From positions 186,001-250,000 of the forward strand of contig CT867996.1 in the NCBI GenBank assembly GCA_000165425.1: 64,000 bases of DNA, written 5' to 3'. Positions within the stretch are counted from its first letter, which is position 1; each line of letters starts with the position of its first letter. This DNA is from Paramecium tetraurelia. Lineage: Eukaryota. The notes under the pieces are model-generated. The model had not been told where the DNA came from and did not search any database. It was given only the letters and a program-made list of their open reading frames with translations. This document shows, in pieces, positions 1 through 14,385 of the stretch. Made by a program: the position numbers and the translations under genes.

Positions 1-598
1 GGAGGACCTACTCTTTCTCAATTTCCAAGAATTCTATTTTCTTTTCTTATTTTTTTATTTGTTAATCTTTCAGATCAAGTTTTATTTTCAGATCTTAAAC
101 ATTAGTTAAAAGAGCAGCATTCTCTTCAAATTTCTTAAGTTCCACTTTATGGAGGAACCCTTTTTCATTAGATTTATGTGCTTGCAATTATCTTTGTAAA
201 CTGTCATGCGCCATTTGAATTTCGTGCTTTTCGTGCTTCAATTCCTCGTTTTTCCTAATTAAATCACTAACTCTATCTTAATAGTCTTTGAGATGCTGTA
301 ATCTTTCTGCTTGCAAAACTTCGATTTATTGCGATGCTACAAAATTCATCTAACTCTCCTGATTAGTCTTCATCAACAAGTATTACAATCTTTCATTTTC
401 GTTTTACAGATCATTTACCTGCCTCCTCAGTTGCTCAATTAAATTATCCGAAGGGTTTTCTACGGATTTCCTTAAGCCTTCTACTCCCTTTAATTTCTCT
501 TACAAAGCTTTGAGGGCTGAAGCATAAGCATTCTAAGGAGCTGAAGTAGGATTAGAAGAAAATGCCCGATGAGACGTTCGAGATTCTCTTTCATTCAT
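1..598 (-). CDS. Coiled-coil protein, N-terminal part; continues past the window start (weak Cep57-like motif)
   Basis: ATG at 598, MNERESRTSHRAFSSNPTSAPQNAYASALKALQEKLREQ... in code 6; the ALKALQEK motif recalls the Cep57 N-terminus. Confidence 0.7.
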
Positions 599-848
599 TT
601 TGTTGGTTAAGGATATGAATAAATTTATTTATTATATGAAAACATATTACTTTCAATTTATTTCCTACTGGCTCTTCCAACGATTTTGTAATGCAGAACT
701 CTCTGTCTTTTCTAGCACAACCTTAGTTTCACTGATTAATCTTTATTTTTTTTAAATTAAAGTCAAATTTCAAATAGGTCTTAGTTCAGAATATCCCATC
801 AATGGATCTTACTACCCATTCTTTATGAGATCATCCTATTTTCTAAGG

Positions 849-3800
849 ATGAGAGAGGAACAAGAACTATTTGATTTTAAGCAAAAGAGATTGGCTAATT
901 AGACTGCATTTGTGAAATTGTTAAATGAATATTTTAAGATCCATTATGTAAGTGCTATAATTATTATAAATTCTATCTAATCAATTAGGGTAAATATAAT
1001 AAGCTATATGATATCATTCAGGATATATGAGATCAATTTGTCATGACTATTTATAGAGTAATTATAATAAAATAACAATTTGGATGGTTTTGTTTTTATT
1101 TAATATAGTTTATTAATTTATTATAAATCGTAATTAATGTAAAAATTAACTCTTGAGAAACAAATTAATCTTTTGGAAAGAGACATTTAATAGAAATCAA
1201 ATAAGATTGAAGAGTTGACAAAGTAGTTATTATTCCATTTCTAGGGTTGTTGATCAATAATCAAACTTCGTTGAATCGGCCAAAGCAAAAATTAAGAATT
1301 TATAGGACACTCAACAAACGTTGTATTCCCAATTATTTGATATCAAACAAGAGCGAGACAATTTCAAATGTGTTAATCAAATAAAGGAATAACAAATAAT
1401 GAGCTTATAAGAATAAGTGTTAGCAAAAAATCACGTAGCAGATGTAATTTATATTATGTAACATAGACCCAATAATTGAAACACGAACTCCAGGATTAAT
1501 ACAATCAAATACTCGAGTTATAGGTTGATCTCAATACAGTAAGGAATCAATTGGGACACTCTGAATTAGAGCGCCAAAACTTATTGAATGAATTGAAACT
1601 CAAGGCAGTTAGTTCGGTCGTCTAGATTCAAAATGAATTCAACAGCGCTCCCTTGCAAACTTATACTCAATATCTAGATAAATTTGATGAAGAAAGAAAA
1701 TAATATTTGAGACAAATTCATTAATACTAGATACGCGAAGATAAGATAAGTATGAAAGAGATTTAATATTAGAAATTGAAAATAAGAAGAGAATAGATAA
1801 TTTATAATCCATCATTGATAAAGTCGCTGAGGAAAGTAAAAATTAGAAGGAAGAATTAATAACTTTACGAAAGTTGATAGAAATGTATAAACAGCAGTCT
1901 TAGGAGGATATCACTAATTAAAGGATATATGAAGAATAGAAATTACAAAATGAACTAGAAATGAGAGCCCTCATTTAAAAAAAGGATAAATTGATATCAG
2001 ATCAAAAAAAAGAAATATAAAAATTGCATCAGCGCATTGGTCAATCTCCTTAGGTGATTCTTTCAACCATAAATGATATGTTCAATATGTCTGTGGATGA
2101 ATCAGTGGATTTGAAAATAGAAAATATGGAACTAAAAAATTAAATTAAATCACTTCAAGATTTGATTGATTAAGAGCAAAAGGAAAAGAAGAATATCCAA
2201 GAATACACAAAGAAGGAATACTCCATTGCTTTGTAGAAGGAATAGGAATATTTAAAATAAAAAACAATTACAGAAAGCTAGAAATAAACATTAGATGCTG
2301 AAATTCAATAAAATCAGTTATTAAAGGATGAGATATTTAAACTCTAGGCAGAATTAGCATAATTAAAGAGAAAAGATTAAATATATAAAACTGAAATAGA
2401 AAGATTAAGACAAGATAATCTAAACAATTAAACATAAATTTTTATCGCTTAAAGGGAGGACAAAAAATCATAAGTCAATCAACCTACCTCATAGATCGAG
2501 ATGGATCAAAATTAAATTAAGAATAATATCTAATAGTTTGAGTAATTAACAAAAGAAATTCGAAACTTAAAACAAATCATAAATAAAAAGGAGGAAGAGA
2601 TTATCAATTTGAAATACAGAATTGATAACCCTGACACAAATACTGAATAGGAGGAATAGTAGAAGAATTCAGCAATTACTATTGCTAAGAAAATTGAAAG
2701 TAAAGAATTATTTATTTAATATAGAAATTGAAACGTATTCTAAAAAACAATCTAAGATATTGGCTGATTATAGAAGACTGAAATTGGAAAGGAATAAATA
2801 CGAATTCAGCATTAATGAGTTTTAATATGAAATTAAAAATTTGCAAAGTAAGATTCAATTAGAACAAACATAAAAAGAATCACTGAAGTAGAATTTGTAA
2901 AAATACAAAGAGGAATTCAAAAATTTGGAAGAATAAGATAAGAAATAAAAGAAGGAGTTCGAAAAAAAAATAAAATAAATCGAATAAGAAACAGAATAAA
3001 AATATATTTCTCAAGAATAAATCAATTATTAAAAAATGAATTAAGATTTACTTAAATTGATAGAATAAGATAAACTATTGGTGCAATAATTGAAGGAGAA
3101 AGTTAAGACTCTAAGCTAAGATGTTTAAAAATGTCGAGAAGAAATACTTTAGAAAGATCTTGAAATCAAAAGACTCTAACTTGTCGAAACCAAGAGTGAA
3201 GAACATCAAAACATTCTTTAAATGAAATTGTAAATAGAAAATGATAAAATCATCATAAAGTCATTGAACGAAAGAATAATTAACTTAAATCAGGAAATAG
3301 AGAATAAAGAAAAAGAACTATTGGCTTTTTAACAGGATAAATTGGATTGGGAATCCTTATAATAGTTTTCTAGACAAATTGCCAATGAAAATAGGTCTAA
3401 TTTGAATAATTAGGAAGATATTAATGATTTGAAGAAGAATCTAAAAGGATTATAAAAAAAAATATCAGAACAAACATAATAATATTAATAAGCCATTGCG
3501 GACTTTGGGAAGGAGTTTTAATAGATTATTATGTAGCAAAATAATGAGATCAAACAATTAGAATAAGAAAATCAAGATTTAGCCAAAGCCTTGGAATAAT
3601 ATAAATAACTATATCAATAAGAAAGAATGGATAGACAAAATAAATCAGATTTAACTTTAGCTGAAATTGAGGAAATCAAAATTAGACTAGATTAAGTCAC
3701 TAAAGAAAGAGACTAACTATTGTTAAAGAAGGAGATAATTGAAAATAAGGAATATCAGATTTTAAGAAAGGAGGAGGAAATTAGATCTTAGGAGTAGGAA

Positions 3801-4334
3801 CTATAAGAGGAGAAGAAGAATTTTGAGAGTTATATTCAGAAGAGGAAAATGGAAATAAGTGATGATATCTTAATTAAAAAAAATAAAGAATTATCAATAA
3901 TAGGATGCGATTACATTTTAGGAAGGGAGTTGGAAATTTATAAATAGAAATTAATAGAGGAATAAGAGAAAGTAAATGAATTAATGCAAAGATCAATTCA
4001 ATAAATGGAAGATTATCAAGAGGGAAATTAGGATTTGTATGAGAAAAAATAAATGGAAAATTAACTGAACGATTTAAAAAAGTAGATTGAAGAAATGAGG
4101 GCTGAGTAACTAAAACTTAGGATGGATTCGAAAGTATAAGATGAAGAGCAATATAATTTTGAAGAAGAAAGATAATAATATTAATAGTAAATAAGACAGT
4201 TGATGCATCTTAAAGAAAATGTAACACTGGAAGATATTAAGTTAGTAAGAGATATAATTTAAAGTGGAAAATTAATCTCTTATTTAGAAAAGGCCAAATA
4301 AATTCATGAACTTTAAACTTCAATGTAATCTTGA
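849..4334 (+). CDS. Long coiled-coil protein (E/Q/K-rich); start uncertain (849 or 1137)
   Basis: Heptad-like frame open with TAA/TAG=Q, tiny introns (e.g. ~1750-1772, ~2700-2724), ends ...TSMQS-TGA at 4332-4334. Confidence 0.7.
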
Positions 4335-5321
4335 TCTTATTATACACATTTCATATAAAAATTTAATTTAATAGAATGAGTATTTAAATAATTAAAGTAT
4401 CTGTGAATTTCTTTATTATTAATATTCGAGACAGTTATTCTAGAATTCTTAACCATTTAAGATGTATAACGTAATTTTTACTATTCTGGATTAAATTTTC
4501 CATTATTTAATCTGATAACATTCGTTGAAAGAAAATTGATTATTTTATTTCTTATAATATCACTTTCATTTATAACCATATATAAAAGGAATTAATAAAA
4601 TGTCCATACTCTTTGATTCGAATTTATAAAAGGAAATATGAAATGAAAAATCTAACATTAACAAGATTTTATCTAAATAATTAGAATATATTATTATTAT
4701 TTATTAATAAGAGATATAGAAAATAGTAATTAATTCAAACTTGATTTTTTATTTGAAATAGTTTATTAATACATTTTATCATCTAGCACTTATATTCATC
4801 ATTTAAATCACTCTATTCAGTCTCTTTAAAGTAAAACGAATCACTAATTGTTTTGGTAATAATTACTCATAAAAATTTCTGCAGAATTTTAATACAATGT
4901 CACATATATAGAAAAATCAATATTATCCTATTAAGACTTCTATATAACCTAATTAAATAAATCTAAAACTTGATTAAATTCTATAATCATAGCCTCTATT
5001 AATCCCTATTTTATGTTTAAGTATAACTTAAAAATGCAAATTTCAAAGCAATCAAAGTTTTAAGTCTTAAATCAATTCAAGCAATAATTACAAATTATAG
5101 AGATTGGTTTCTATTAAGGTTTTTCTTGAGAGAGAATTTTTTACAAATATCAATAAATATTAGCGTTTTGAAAATAATTTAAGAAAAGCAATAAGTTATC
5201 ATTTGTAAATCAATTAGATAATTTCAAAATGGTTGAATAAATTATTATTTTTGAAAATTCTATTCTTGGTTCTAAGATTTCGGTATTAAAATTACTAAAA
5301 GAAATAATTATTTATAAAATA

Positions 5322-7859
5322 ATGCCTGCTGAATGTGTAAAGGTTATTGTGAGAATGCGTCCATTTAATCAAAGGGAGAAGGAAAACGGAAGTAAGCCCT
5401 GTGTAATAGTGAATGAAGATGCAAATAGTGTTGAATTGCGAAATGTAATTAGTTTATATATTTGATAAATCAGAGTCAAGATAATGAGGTGAAGAATTTT
5501 ACTTACGATTATGTGTTCGGAGCTGAGACTCCATAATTATAGATTTATTAGAAGACAGCTTTTAATTTGGTTGAATCTGTAGCTGATGGCTATAATGGAA
5601 CAATATTTGCATATGGTTAAACAGGTAAAATTCGAATTTAAGAATGATTAGGTTGTGGCAAGACTTTTACAATGATAGGAGATCCTTCGAATGTAAGATC
5701 TTTACTCAATTTTAGGAAATCATGAAAGGCATAATTCCAAGGACCTTTGATTAAATAATAAGCCTAATAAACAATAATTCAGATTCAAATAAAAAGTTCC
5801 TCCTCAGGTGTTCATACATCGAAATCTACAATGAAGAAATTCATGATTTGTTGAGCAAAGATGTAAAATAGAAATATGAATTGAAAGAAGGATAGCAGGG
5901 GGTATTTATTAAGGATCTCAATATTGCTGTGGTAAGAACGACTCAAGAGATGGATAGATATATGTAATTAGGAACTCAAAACAGATCTGTTGGCGCTACT
6001 GCTATGAACAAAGAATCTAGTAGAAGTCATTGCATTTTCACAGTTTATATTGAATGTTCACTTACTGATGCCAAAGGAAATGAGAGAATTACAGCGGGAA
6101 AATTGAATTTGGTTGATTTGGCAGGAAGTGAGAGGTAATCTAAAACATAAGCAACTGGGGATCGATTAAAGGAGGCTACAAAAATTAATTTATCTTTATC
6201 TGCATTAGGAAATGTAATTTCGGCACTAGTCGATGGAAAGACTTAACATATTCCTTATAGAGATTCAAAGTTGACAAGGTTATTGCAAGATTCCTTAGGA
6301 GGAAATACTAAGACAATAATGATAACTGCAATCAGTCCATCTGACTTTAATTATGATGAAACAATGTCCAGTTTGAGGTATGCATCCAGAGCAAAGATGA
6401 TCAAGAACTAACCAAAAGTAAATGAAGATCCAAAAGATGCCTTATTAAAAGAGTAGGCTGAAGAAATTAAAAAGCTTAAAGAATTATTATCAAAATAGGC
6501 AGCTGGATAACCTATAAATTTAGAAGCCTTCCAATCATTTAGTAAGCCAGGAAACAATAACAATGCAGAGATTTCTAGATTAAAGGAAGAGAATGATAGA
6601 CTAATGAAGGAGAAGTAAGGACTCCCACAGTCAGTAAATTCAGAGGAAAAATTAAAGGAGTTGCATGAATTTAAAGAAAAAAAATAATCTACTTTAATAA
6701 GAGAAGGATAAGTTTGAATAAGAGATGAGAGAAAAAGAGTATTAGGCTGAATAAGAGAGATAGGCTAGGCAGAGATTAGAATAATTACTTAAGGAGAAAG
6801 AATAGATGATGGTTTAAGGTGGAAAGGGAAGTGAAGATGATAAAAAGAAATACAAGAAAATTAGATAAACTATTGAATAACAAAAAAAAGAGCACGAAGC
6901 TTTGATACAACAATAAGAGCAACAATAATAAGAGATGCTAGAGATTGAAACTAAATATCAAAATGTCCAAGAGGAAGTTGAGAAACTTAGGAAACTTATT
7001 AAATATTTAAGAAAAAAGCTAGAAGAAGCTACAATTGAATAAAAGGATTTAAAAAAAGAAGTGGAATATGAAAAAGAAGATTTGTTAGAAACAATAAGAA
7101 ATCAGTAAAAGGAGATCAAACTCTATGCAGGTTTAGTGAAAATGATGTTTAGTTAGAAGGAACTAGAGACTCTGTAAGCTGCAAGTGAATGGGATGAGGA
7201 TGCTCAAGATTATAAAATTCCACCCTTTAATTTTAAAGCTAAAAAAGTAAACTTTCCATCGCTTCCTTATAAACAAGGTATTTTTATAATTAAGTTAAGC
7301 CATGGATTTGATAGAGTTAGAGAAATCAGAGAGAATGCTCGAAGTGAATTCTCGATAACAATAATTTGAATATGAATAGGATAATCGATAAAGGCTCATT
7401 TCTCCTAGGGTGCCTCAGAAAGGTAGTTATTTACATTAATATAATTAGAACTTTAACAAAAACAAAATGGAGTTAGTTAACCCTAATTGGAAAAGGGATA
7501 TTTGGTGGCTGAGAAAATTAAATAGAATTATTAAATGCTCGAATAGCAAGAAGGGAAACTACGCTACCAGAGTGATTTAGTAAACTAACAATTTTTAGAG
7601 AAGAAACTAAATCAAAAAATTATTCTTAGTCCTATTGATAATAGGGATAACTCTGTCCCAACTTAACATAGTTAATATAATTATAATGGGTATTCGAATA
7701 ATAGCAATTTATCCCAAGCCACTCCGAATAAGATTAATAAAAGTACATTGTTTGATTTAAATAGATATTAATTTGTAACCACTTGAATAAAAGGCCTTAT
7801 TAATGTAGAATGATGATTAGTATAAAAGAAGATAACACTAAAAAGTGTAATAAATTTGA
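5322..7859 (+). CDS. Kinesin-2 family motor (KIF3/KIF17/FLA10-like) with an apparent +1 frame break at ~6685
   Basis: [14 protein letters not shown]..., [18 protein letters not shown]-loop, [43 protein letters not shown] neck, followed by a coiled-coil stalk. Confidence 0.93.
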
Positions 7860-7888
7860 ATATTATTGACTTTTTTTAATTTTAATGT

Positions 7889-9139
7889 TCATATGTTTTA
7901 CTATACTATTGTTTCTTATTGATACTTTTAAACATACTCAATCTATTAGTTATTACGATTATTGAATCTTTTCTTCTTATCATATTTATATTTCCTATTT
8001 TATTACATCTCAAATTTATCCTCTAAATTAACAGCCTGTTAAGTCTCTTTCTTATTGTATTTTTAATCAGTTTAATCTTAATATTTGTTTTGATATTATT
8101 AATATGGATATTGTTAGTATTATTCTTATTAATAGAATCCACTATTTGATTACCAATATTAAGGTTATTGATAATACCCTTTAAAATTAGATCAATAATA
8201 CCATAATTGTAATATCCATATTGTGGTTTACGTTGTTGTCTTCTCTCATATGATGCAGCAGAAAATGAATAGGGGATTGTTTCAAACACTGCTCTTAATT
8301 CTTGAAACTTCTTTTCAAAATTTGGATTGGAATCTCTTTATTATCTACTTTGATTCTAAATACTTGTTTAACTTACTTCTAATTTATCTAATTAGGAAAA
8401 GTCTTCGAATAAACTTTTCTTGGATTCCTCGTTCTTAAAAATCTCAATCATTTTGATTCCGTTCTCTAAAGTTAACTCAGTGCAATCGATCAAATCATAA
8501 ACTGATTTAACTGTTTCGTCACTTCCTTCAAATTTTTGGATTTGTTTGATATTCTCAAATAATTTAAAAGGAAGATCCTTTACATATAACTACGTTAAGC
8601 AAAGCTGCTTACCCATTTTATTTAGAATAAGCCAAACCATTTGTTTTCAATTAACCAATATTTAAAATGCGATTTAGAATCAAATCCTGTAGTCAATTTG
8701 GCCATCCCACTAAAGCAAAGACTGTTTATTTCAGTAAAAAAGAGATAAACATCTCCCTATGAAAATGCTTCATTCAAACGTTCATTCTTTCGAGAAGAGC
8801 TGATACATAAAATTGAAAACTACCTGGTCCATATACCATATTTCATGGCTCTATGCACATTATCTTCACCTTAAGTACGAATGATGAAATATTTGCTTTT
8901 ATCCAAATTCTTAAATTCATGTTCAAAATTTATATGTTCCAATGGTGGAAAGGTCTTCCTTATCATATCCAAATTATCATATGAAGGGAGTGCCTAAAAT
9001 TAAGGCTGATTCATAAATAAATAAATAAAAGATTTAAAATAAAATAATTTATGAGACATTAAATTTTTATCATTTCTTTCATCAAAAAATTATAAACCAT
9101 AATATGCATCTACAGATTCTCCCTCAATTAAGATTTCAT
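7889..9139 (-). CDS. YTH-domain protein (putative m6A reader) with Q/N-rich C-terminus
   Basis: KAKYFIIRTQGEDNVHRAMKYGIWT..., YLFFTEINSLCFSGMAKL, KYWLIENKWFG match the YTH pattern; TGA at 7889-7891; 5' exon structure approximate. Confidence 0.85.
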
Positions 9140-9551
9140 AAATTATTTTTAATACAATATTCATTCATTGTGAATTTCAATATAAAATTAGCCATTAAAT
9201 AAATTTTATTCTCTTTTTTTTTATAAATTATCATCTGATCTTCTCTATTAGAATTCAAAATAACCAATAAACTAAATTCTAAAATCAATCCCCCTCCAAA
9301 GTTCTCCATTTAAGTAGAAATAAATATTATGCATCTCCTATAAATTTTTGAATACTTTCTAGGATATACAAATTATATATTTTAGTTAACAAAGAAGCCT
9401 TTCATTATTGAAATTCTATTATTTCTCTCAAAATAATTTGAAAGACTACCAATTTAAATGAAATTACAATCACAATTCTTTATAAAATAGAATTCTGTAT
9501 GAATTCACCTGCCAACTGTATAATTGAAATATTTAATAAAAACAATATTAT

Positions 9552-10374
9552 ATGAAAAATCAAAGGAAATCATAAGTACCTTAATATCTTTAGTTTATAG
9601 AGTCCTTTTAGAACTACTCAATCAATAATGAGAGATAGTCCCAATACTTAACTGGATGAATCAAGCATTTCGACCAACAGAATTCCATAAAATAGAGAAT
9701 CCACTAGAGCAAGGATGAAAATTAATTAATCTCATAACAATGCCTTAGCTTAAGGTGGATAGATTAGAAAATAGATTGCAAATGAAAGAGCATCAGCAAA
9801 CGGTGGGAATCCTAACGAATTTAATCCAAAGAAATTTGTGACTAAAGATCTGAAAGTAATTGTTGCAATCTATCACAGGAATCTGATATTATAGATATCA
9901 AGCAAGTTTTTGATTATTATGATTCTGAATAGGCTGGCATATTATCACCAAATGATTTAGAGTAATTACTCTCAAGTTGTGGATATCATCCAACTAAAGA
10001 GACTCTATATGGTATTAAGATTGTATCATTACCTTTTTAGAGATTTTTTCAGAATTAGATGAAGACGAATTAGGAGGAATTACCTTTGAATATTTTCTTG
10101 GTATTTTGAATCAGGATAAATCTAAATCAGAAAGAAAGGATACAATTAGGAGGGTCTATAGGAAATATGATAAAAATAATAAAGGTTTTATAACCCTTCA
10201 AGATTTAAGATAGGTCGTCTATAAAGATTTGAAGGAGGAAATTGATGAAGAGGTCTTAGCAGAAGTAATTCTATCTAATAAAAGAAGATCTTTAAAAAAA
10301 CTGACTCTAATCAGGATGGAAAGATGACATTTGAGGATTTCTATAATGTAATGACCAAAAAGGTGTATTATTGA
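9552..10374 (+). CDS. Centrin/caltractin-like EF-hand protein with N-terminal extension
   Basis: DIKQVFDYYDSEQAGILSPNDL, ELDEDELGGITFEYF, KYDKNNKGFITLQDL, KTDSNQDGKMTFEDFYNVMTKK; four EF-hand-like motifs, several tiny introns. Confidence 0.88.
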
Positions 10375-10403
10375 TATTATTATACAGTGCATATTTAATT
10401 ATA

Positions 10404-10827
10404 ATGTCTTGCTTTATAAAGTTAACGCAAAGGGCCAAAAGAACACTCTCAATTGGTATTTTTATTATAATAAGAAGCAGATTTTCAAAATTAAGGGTAT
10501 TTACCAAAATTATAACTGGCTAAATCAAGAGCACTCACATGCAACAACAAAAACTATATTGCAAAAAACTCCAAAAGTATTTCTTCCAAAATCAATTCAA
10601 TAACACCAAGGGTAATCTCAAGACCTGTCATTAACGATTTCCATTTTAGAAAATTGTAAAATTGTAGGAAAGCAACACCATTGAAGGAATTAAAAATGAT
10701 AGAAAAAAGTACAAATAAGAAAACCGTACAAAAAAAACCCTCACTTGATTTCAGTCTCTCTGGATTTTAAATGATGGATATCGAGAGGGAAGATTGTTTC
10801 CTTTAATCATATGTTAGAAAATAATGA
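10404..10827 (+). CDS. Small hypothetical protein
   Basis: ATG at 10404, one ~25-nt intron, frame open to TGA at 10825-10827. Confidence 0.55.
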
Positions 10828-11360
10828 TTTTTATACTAATAATATAATTTTACATTTAAATTGTTAAACAAAAAAATAATTTATCTTTATCTCTTAAATT
10901 AAATATCTTTATTAACCTATTTTATTATTTCTAAATTTCTTAGTTGAGTTAATAATGCTGAGCATAGTTAAACTTACAGTTAAAAGACAATAAATAGACT
11001 TAATTACTATTCTTATAAATTCTATATCTTATCAAATATTCAACAACAATTTGATATGAATTATAAGAATTTTAAATTAAACAATTAAAAGTTGATTTTA
11101 GAGAGTTAGATTGCTTAATATTTAAAATTCTTATTGATATCTCATTTCATTAAAAAATAATTATTATACAGAATCTATCAATATTATTTTCAATATAAAT
11201 ATTTTTAACCCCAAATATTTCATTAGACTAAGAACTTTTGTTAATTTTAATCATATAATCTAAAGATTTTGAGAATCTTTGTCGAATTAAAAAAAATATA
11301 TGTTATGAAATATTAAAAAAAACTGGAAATTATTTATTAATAATTGTACTTAAAATTTAA

Positions 11361-11981
11361 TCAAATATTATCAATAAGATCAGCCAACACATATCGTTTT
11401 GGTTTAAATTAAAAATTCTCCTCTATCAGTTTAATGTGTACTTAGGTACTAAAAGAGACCCTTTTAGGAGAGAGTTTCTAAATAATATCTGGACTTTCCT
11501 AGATATAAGGAGATTTAATAGGTTTTAGGCTTGAAAATTTAATTCTTTTAGTAAAAATTGTTTTCTATTCTTCATTTTCATGAACTTCAATTGGATCATT
11601 ATTAGAATGGTCTTTACTTTTTGAATTAATCAATTTCAATATTCCTTTAGGCTAGCTTTTATCTAAACTAGTTAATTTTTGTTCTTTAAATCTACAATTA
11701 AGATTAGAATCTCGATCAGTGTGACTAACTAAGGAGAATTTTTTTTCATTCAAGATAGAATGATAATTCGATCGTTTAGTTAAGGTTTCAGTATTAATTT
11801 CATTCAGACTGTGCTTTATTTAGAACTACTTTTCTTAGATCCTAGTAGTTAATTGAGGTATATTTGTTAGGGACTTGAAATTAGGATTAAGATGTATTTC
11901 TGGTTTGACAACTCTTCTGGATGCAGGTCGAAGGGATTTTGATACATTTTAGCCGCTCTACTAGTTTCTGTTTTACTACAT
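11361..11981 (-). CDS. Hypothetical low-complexity S/K/Q-rich protein
   Basis: ATG at 11981 (MQQNRNQQSG...), ends VLADLIDNI-TGA at 11361. Confidence 0.65.
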
Positions 11982-12071
11982 AAAATATTTATAATCAGAT
12001 TTCGAAAATTGAACATTTAATTTAATAAATAAGTTGTAATTGACAAATATAAAAATAAATTGAAGCAAGAT

Positions 12072-13977
12072 TCAACTATCTAACTCTTTTTGGAGTTCCT
12101 GAAATAGATAAGATGAATTAATACTTATAATTGCTATTCCAATTATTAAATTTCTTCAAGCATCAATTATTCATTCTTTTGAGCTTATTTCTTTAAATTA
12201 ATATTCTACATAAAATATAAAAATTACATCCTCTTTCAAATAATCTACATATTCAAAAGCAATCTTGAATTCCTTTTGTGATGTCAAATTTTCTTGAATA
12301 TCAAAACGTTGTATTTCAATTTATTTTTACTCATTTTTATGAGAAGTATTGAAATTGGATTCTTCTGATAAAAATGTTTTTTTGACTTAATTCATAGTCA
12401 TAAGCAACTCATTATTAAGAATTTCCAATTATTCAATATCGCTCATGATGGCTTCCTATTATTTACTATTATATTTAATTAACCTTCTCATTTCTTAACA
12501 CTCTCAATCTAATTTCAAAGTCATGATACATAGCAGTTGGAAAGGTAACGCTGATTTACCATTATCTAAGTTTATTCCTAAGTATTTCTCGTTCATTATG
12601 ATAATTTCTTCTGAAGATTTGTTCTATGCGATATGTGATCTCAAGTTTTTAGGATTTTGCATTTTTTGCTTTTATCTTTTGACTCAATCTTGCTGCTATG
12701 ACACTCTTTAATAAAATCACATTTTACTAAATTTTTCACAGTTCCATCCTAAACTTCTGTGTCTTAAGCCTATTTCAATCCTTTTATTTAATAAAATATT
12801 GGATAGAGTTGCTTATTGACTAGATATTTCATTATTTCACAAATGCCTCTGTGAGATTTTTTATCTATTTGTTTCAACTATCTTTAAAGCACTTTTTAAT
12901 GCTCCAATTTAGAGTGCACAGATTATCTTGCTAATTCAATGTCAAATTATTGTAATTACTCTTTAGGTACTGTATGATTAGCTTCTTGATCTATTATCCT
13001 AATGGATGATATGAACAAAGTTCTCAAAGCATTTATTTTACTATCTTATGTAATTTAATGATGTTACTGATGGTATTAGTGAAGATTAATATAAAATAAT
13101 GCTGATTAGAGTTAAAATGTTAATAATGCTTTAACTTTTAAAATGCAATTATTTTTTCTAAGTTTTAAGGTTTCTTTAAATATTAGTAAGTGCCTTACTC
13201 AGAATCAAATAAACTCAATCGTAATTGCTATAAACCTAGATTAGTGATTAATTTATGTATAATTTATTTTCGAGGTGCTGTTTTTAATCTATTGAAACTC
13301 CACGCTTTTAATGACTCCTACTTTGTTAGTATTTTATTGAGAGTGAATTTATAAAAGCTTATCATATTCGATTTTTGTTGTTTCAATAGCTTATTGAATT
13401 TAGATTCAAATGTTAACTGCATCCATTTCCTAAAGATTTAATGGGTGATTGGCTATTAGCCTTACTATATTTAATTTCTTAACTCTTTTTTCAAATGTGA
13501 TACTACATCCACCTTTGCCAGACGGAAAAAGGCCAAGCACTTCAATCGCTGATTGAATAGCGAGATTGCATGCTGAAACCTTAATAGTCCTTCCTGAATG
13601 ACTCTTTACTACGCCTTAATTTCCTCCTACTATTTGTTTTGAACATAAATGCTAACTTTACAAATTAAATACACCTTAAATATTTAAACATCGTAGCTGC
13701 TTAGTTTTTAATTGCATTATTGACTATGTGAATTAATCTCTTAAAACGATCATTGCAAATCTTGAGATCACGATAATGCTAAATTTAAAAATTTCCACAT
13801 ACTGAATTATAACTTCTGTTATTATAAGTTGAATAAGGAGACTTTTTTATTCGCCCATACGATCGTGTTTCCTGGGGCTCCTACCTTTAAGCAAATCCTA
13901 ATCCTTTAACAAAGTATTAATTTTACATATATTTTATTTTTTTAAAAGAAAAGTTGTTAATAAATAAAATTATTCAT
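12072..13977 (-). CDS. Hypothetical helical/coiled-coil protein; start uncertain
   Basis: Open code-6 frame with several tiny introns (HYRDLKICNDRFKRLIHIVNNAIKNQ...; QIFRKWMQLTF...; KAWSFNRL), ends ELDS-TGA. Confidence 0.6.
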
Positions 13978-14385
13978 AATCAATATCCACAATTTTATAT
14001 AGTAATTCAAATCCTTAACCTTGCATTAAAATTATCAATCTTATGCATATAGTTTGTATGGACAATTAGTAAATTAAAGAAAATTAAAAACATTAAATAT
14101 TTGAATTCAATTATTATGATAATGAGTAAAAAGCTAAGAGGAAAAGGGGAGTATCCATTTAAATAAAAACATATATTTTCATAGAAATCTTAATTAATAA
14201 ATATTATTACATTCTCTTTTTCTATTAGAAATATTTCTTAATTTTTGGTACAATTATTCTACTTTAAAGAAATAAATAAAATTAATTCCCCTGAATCTTG
14301 GTTTAAATTCAATAATATTAGGTGAATATGAGAAATGGTTATAAGATATACTTAATTAGACATTTTAAATATATTTATGAATAAC

